From assembly GCA_036337435.1 (NCBI GenBank), contig JAYZEG010000058.1, forward strand, positions 128,001 to 192,000: DNA of 64,000 nt, given 5' to 3'. Made by a program: the position numbers and the translations under genes. This document shows, one piece after another, positions 61,525 through 64,000 of the stretch; position 1 is the first letter of the stretch; each line of letters opens with the position of its first letter. Under the pieces are notes generated by a model. It was not told the origin of the DNA. It saw only the letters and a list, made by a program, of their open reading frames with translations, and did no database searches. The DNA comes from Myxococcota bacterium. Its GTDB lineage: Bacteria > Myxococcota_A > Bradymonadia > UBA7976 > UBA1532.

Positions 61525-63873
61525 TCAGGATGGCGACTCAGCCACATCACCGGCAGCCTCAGGAGAAGAACTGGTATCAGCTGATACTGACTCCGGTTCG
61601 TCATCAAGCACACGCTGCGCAAGTAATTCTGCCAGATCGAGTACTTTGACTTCATCCGCCTTGTCCTTGGACTTAACACCGTCGTCCAGCATGGTCATGC
61701 AGAAGTTGCACGCCACCGCGATGACTTTGGGTTCTGTCTCCAACAACTCGTCTGTGCGGACATTATTCATACGCTGACCGATGTTCATTTCCATCCACAT
61801 TTGTCCGCCACCAGCACCGCAACAAAGTCCAATTTGTTTGTTACGTTTGGTCTCGACGCGCTCGACATCGGGCAGCGCGTCGATGATGTCTCGTTGGGGA
61901 TCGTAAATTTCGTTGTAACGACCTAGGTAGCATGAATCGTGATAGACGACTTTTTCCTTCTCTTCCTTGTCCGCTTTCGGAACAAGTTTGCCCTCTGACA
62001 TCAACTTGGACAAAAGTTCACTATGATGGATGACCTCGTAGTCGCCACCAAACTGCGAATATTCGTTCTTGAGGGTATTGAGGCAGTGTGGACAGTGAGT
62101 CACAATTTTCTTAACCCCATTGGCATTGAGGTTTTCCACATTTTCCATGGCCATATTTTGGAACAAGTATTCGTCACCAAGCCGACGTGCTGAGTCGCCT
62201 GTGCATTTTTCTTCGTTCCCCAGAATTGCGAAGTCAACACCCGCCTTTGCCATGAGCCTGGTCACCGATTTCGTGACTTTCTTCGCCCGATCGTCATAGG
62301 CACCAGCACAGCCAACCCAATACAAATACTCACTGGGTTGTTCTGGATCCCAAAGCTTCGCTTCTGGAACATCCTTGGCCCACTCAGCACGCTCTCTTGT
62401 CGGCATACCCCATGGATTAGCCCGGCTCTCCATAGCCTTCAACGCTTTCTGGCTCCCATGACCCACTTCGCCAAGGCTCATGGTGAGATATCGTCTCATG
62501 TCGATGATGTCGGGTATATGCTCATTACCCACAGGACAAACTTCCATACAAGCCCGGCAGGTTGTACATGACCAGAGCACGTCAGGATCGATGACTCCAC
62601 CGGGCAGGAGAAGAGACTCATCCCCGTCCAAATCCAGTTCTTCACCTCGCCGGTTAAACCGGTCTTCCATGTGATGTTTGATATCGACAATAATATCCAT
62701 TGGCTTGAGTGGCTTGTCGCTGCGAGAGGCTGGACAATTGTCCGTACAGCGGCCACATTCGGTACAACTTAGGCCGTCAAACAACTGCTTCCAACTCAAA
62801 TCTTCCAAATTCCGGGCACCGAAATATTCAGGTGACGGCGGCTCGTATTCAGCTTTGAGAGTCACCCCAGCTTCAGGTCGCTTCGCATCAGGAATCACGA
62901 CCGAATTATTGTCAGCATTGAATTTAAACTTTCGAAACTTCTTCGTGCCGAGGTAGAGGGTCACTCCGCCATCTTCAGCGGGGTTCTTAAGCGTGAATTC
63001 GAGGTCTCCTTCACCCTCAGGAACAACAAACTCTTCCGTCGTCGAATTCTCGTCCGTCAGTCCAAGATCCATTTTCCGAATGGCACCTTTGGCTTCGAGC
63101 GACATGAAGAAAATATTCAACGGTGCCGCAAACACATGACTGTGCTTACTCCATGGCACGTAATTTGTGAACGCGAGGAGCGTAACCAGGTGACACCACC
63201 AAGCCACTTTGTAACCAACAGCCTGGGTAGCGGGGTCGACCCCAGCAACAGCCGAAGCGAATATGGAACTAAACCAGATATGCCCGACATCCTGGGCACC
63301 GCTGTGAGCGATACTAAATCCTTGTTGAGCAACTTCGAAGACCATCAAGCCAAGAATAAAGAAAATCGTGTACATGGCATCTCGGGTCAGTGGCAACCTC
63401 TCCGGCTTGATCACAGTCCGATTGATGAAGGCCATGACGAGTCCGACGATACAAAGGAAGCGAAACGTATCTGCCAATGCCTGATATGCACCACCTAAGT
63501 CGTGAGCACCGCTAAAAGGAAGATGGAAGGTAGACGTGTGCTCGATTAAACCAAAAGCACCGAGTGTCTGGAGAATGCCATCGGTGACAAAGTTCACCGT
63601 ATCCACACTCAGCACCATGAAGGCACCAAAGATGAACATGTGTAAAATGCCGCTGTACAAATAACCGTTTCGCGGCAACCGTTTTTGAGCAACTACGTAG
63701 ATAAAAACGTTCTTGATTCGATCGGGAAATTCATTCCAGCGCATCTCCGGCCGCTTGCCGAGCATGAGTTGCCCAAACCGCATCTTAATCGCCATCACAA
63801 AGGCACCGCCGGCAATCATGAGTAAGAGCGCAAAACTTGCAATTGTTGGTATGCCTGAGATCGTCTCAATCAT
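61525..63873 (-). CDS. Membrane-bound Fe-S oxidoreductase, FadF/HdrD-like (membrane domain, two [4Fe-4S] motifs, two CCG domains)
   Basis: Several TM helices with conserved His; SKHSH; CTECGRCTDNCP and CTTCRACMEVCP; WVGC, CPHC, YHDSCYLGR, CCGAGGG and CNFC. Confidence 0.92.
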   Translation of the reverse strand: MIETISGIPTIASFALLLMIAGGAFVMAIKMRFGQLMLGKRPEMRWNEFPDRIKNVFIYVVAQKRLPRNGYLYSGILHMFIFGAFMVLSVDTVNFVTDGILQTLGAFGLIEHTSTFHLPFSGAHDLGGAYQALADTFRFLCIVGLVMAFINRTVIKPERLPLTRDAMYTIFFILGLMVFEVAQQGFSIAHSGAQDVGHIWFSSIFASAVAGVDPATQAVGYKVAWWCHLVTLLAFTNYVPWSKHSHVFAAPLNIFFMSLEAKGAIRKMDLGLTDENSTTEEFVVPEGEGDLEFTLKNPAEDGGVTLYLGTKKFRKFKFNADNNSVVIPDAKRPEAGVTLKAEYEPPSPEYFGARNLEDLSWKQLFDGLSCTECGRCTDNCPASRSDKPLKPMDIIVDIKHHMEDRFNRRGEELDLDGDESLLLPGGVIDPDVLWSCTTCRACMEVCPVGNEHIPDIIDMRRYLTMSLGEVGHGSQKALKAMESRANPWGMPTRERAEWAKDVPEAKLWDPEQPSEYLYWVGCAGAYDDRAKKVTKSVTRLMAKAGVDFAILGNEEKCTGDSARRLGDEYLFQNMAMENVENLNANGVKKIVTHCPHCLNTLKNEYSQFGGDYEVIHHSELLSKLMSEGKLVPKADKEEKEKVVYHDSCYLGRYNEIYDPQRDIIDALPDVERVETKRNKQIGLCCGAGGGQMWMEMNIGQRMNNVRTDELLETEPKVIAVACNFCMTMLDDGVKSKDKADEVKVLDLAELLAQRVLDDEPESVSADTSSSPEAAGDVAESPS

Positions 63874-64000
63874 CTAATTTGTCCCCGCAAATACGACTGT
63901 TCTTTTGTACCTAAATACCGTGGCAAAAGCGACTATTTATCCGTCCTATGCTATGAGCGATAGGACACGCGATCGGTTGCAAAACCCATCTCATTATCAG

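Overview
A gene-dense core-chromosome window from a bacterium whose gene set looks like Myxococcota or a related deltaproteobacterium. That assignment is inferred from the Hanks-type kinases, PEGA/TPR proteins, bactofilin, REC-Xre regulator and split atp operon; the Na+-type pyrophosphatase hints at a marine habitat. The window holds a shuffled version of the origin-proximal cluster: rsmG-bactofilin-parS-parAB, atpF'FHAGDC, a GldAFG-like ABC system, gyrB, jag-yidC-yidD-rnpA-rpmH, a DnaA-box/GATC-rich intergenic region and dnaA. dnaN, recF, mnmE and mnmG are absent. Further right lie a cobalamin-type ABC importer, signalling and envelope genes, the tRNA-Gln-prs-rplY-pth-hppA-rpsF-rpsR-rplI-dnaB string, two HU genes, comF, truD and a FadF-like Fe-S oxidoreductase. 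I saw no mobile element, prophage, CRISPR array or rRNA. The best candidate for an undescribed system is a two-gene module packed directly behind gyrB: a protein with a DnaD/DBH2-like N-terminal domain plus a Zn-finger DnaC/DnaI-type AAA+ ATPase, a possible Firmicutes-style helicase-loading pair. Other highlights are a bactofilin sharing a parS-containing divergent promoter region with parAB, a composite rpsF leader RNA, a tRNA-Gln with an A1-U72 pair, an acidic insert in GyrB and a small beta-rich domain inserted in the FadF-like protein. All family assignments come from motif recognition by eye; no searches were run.
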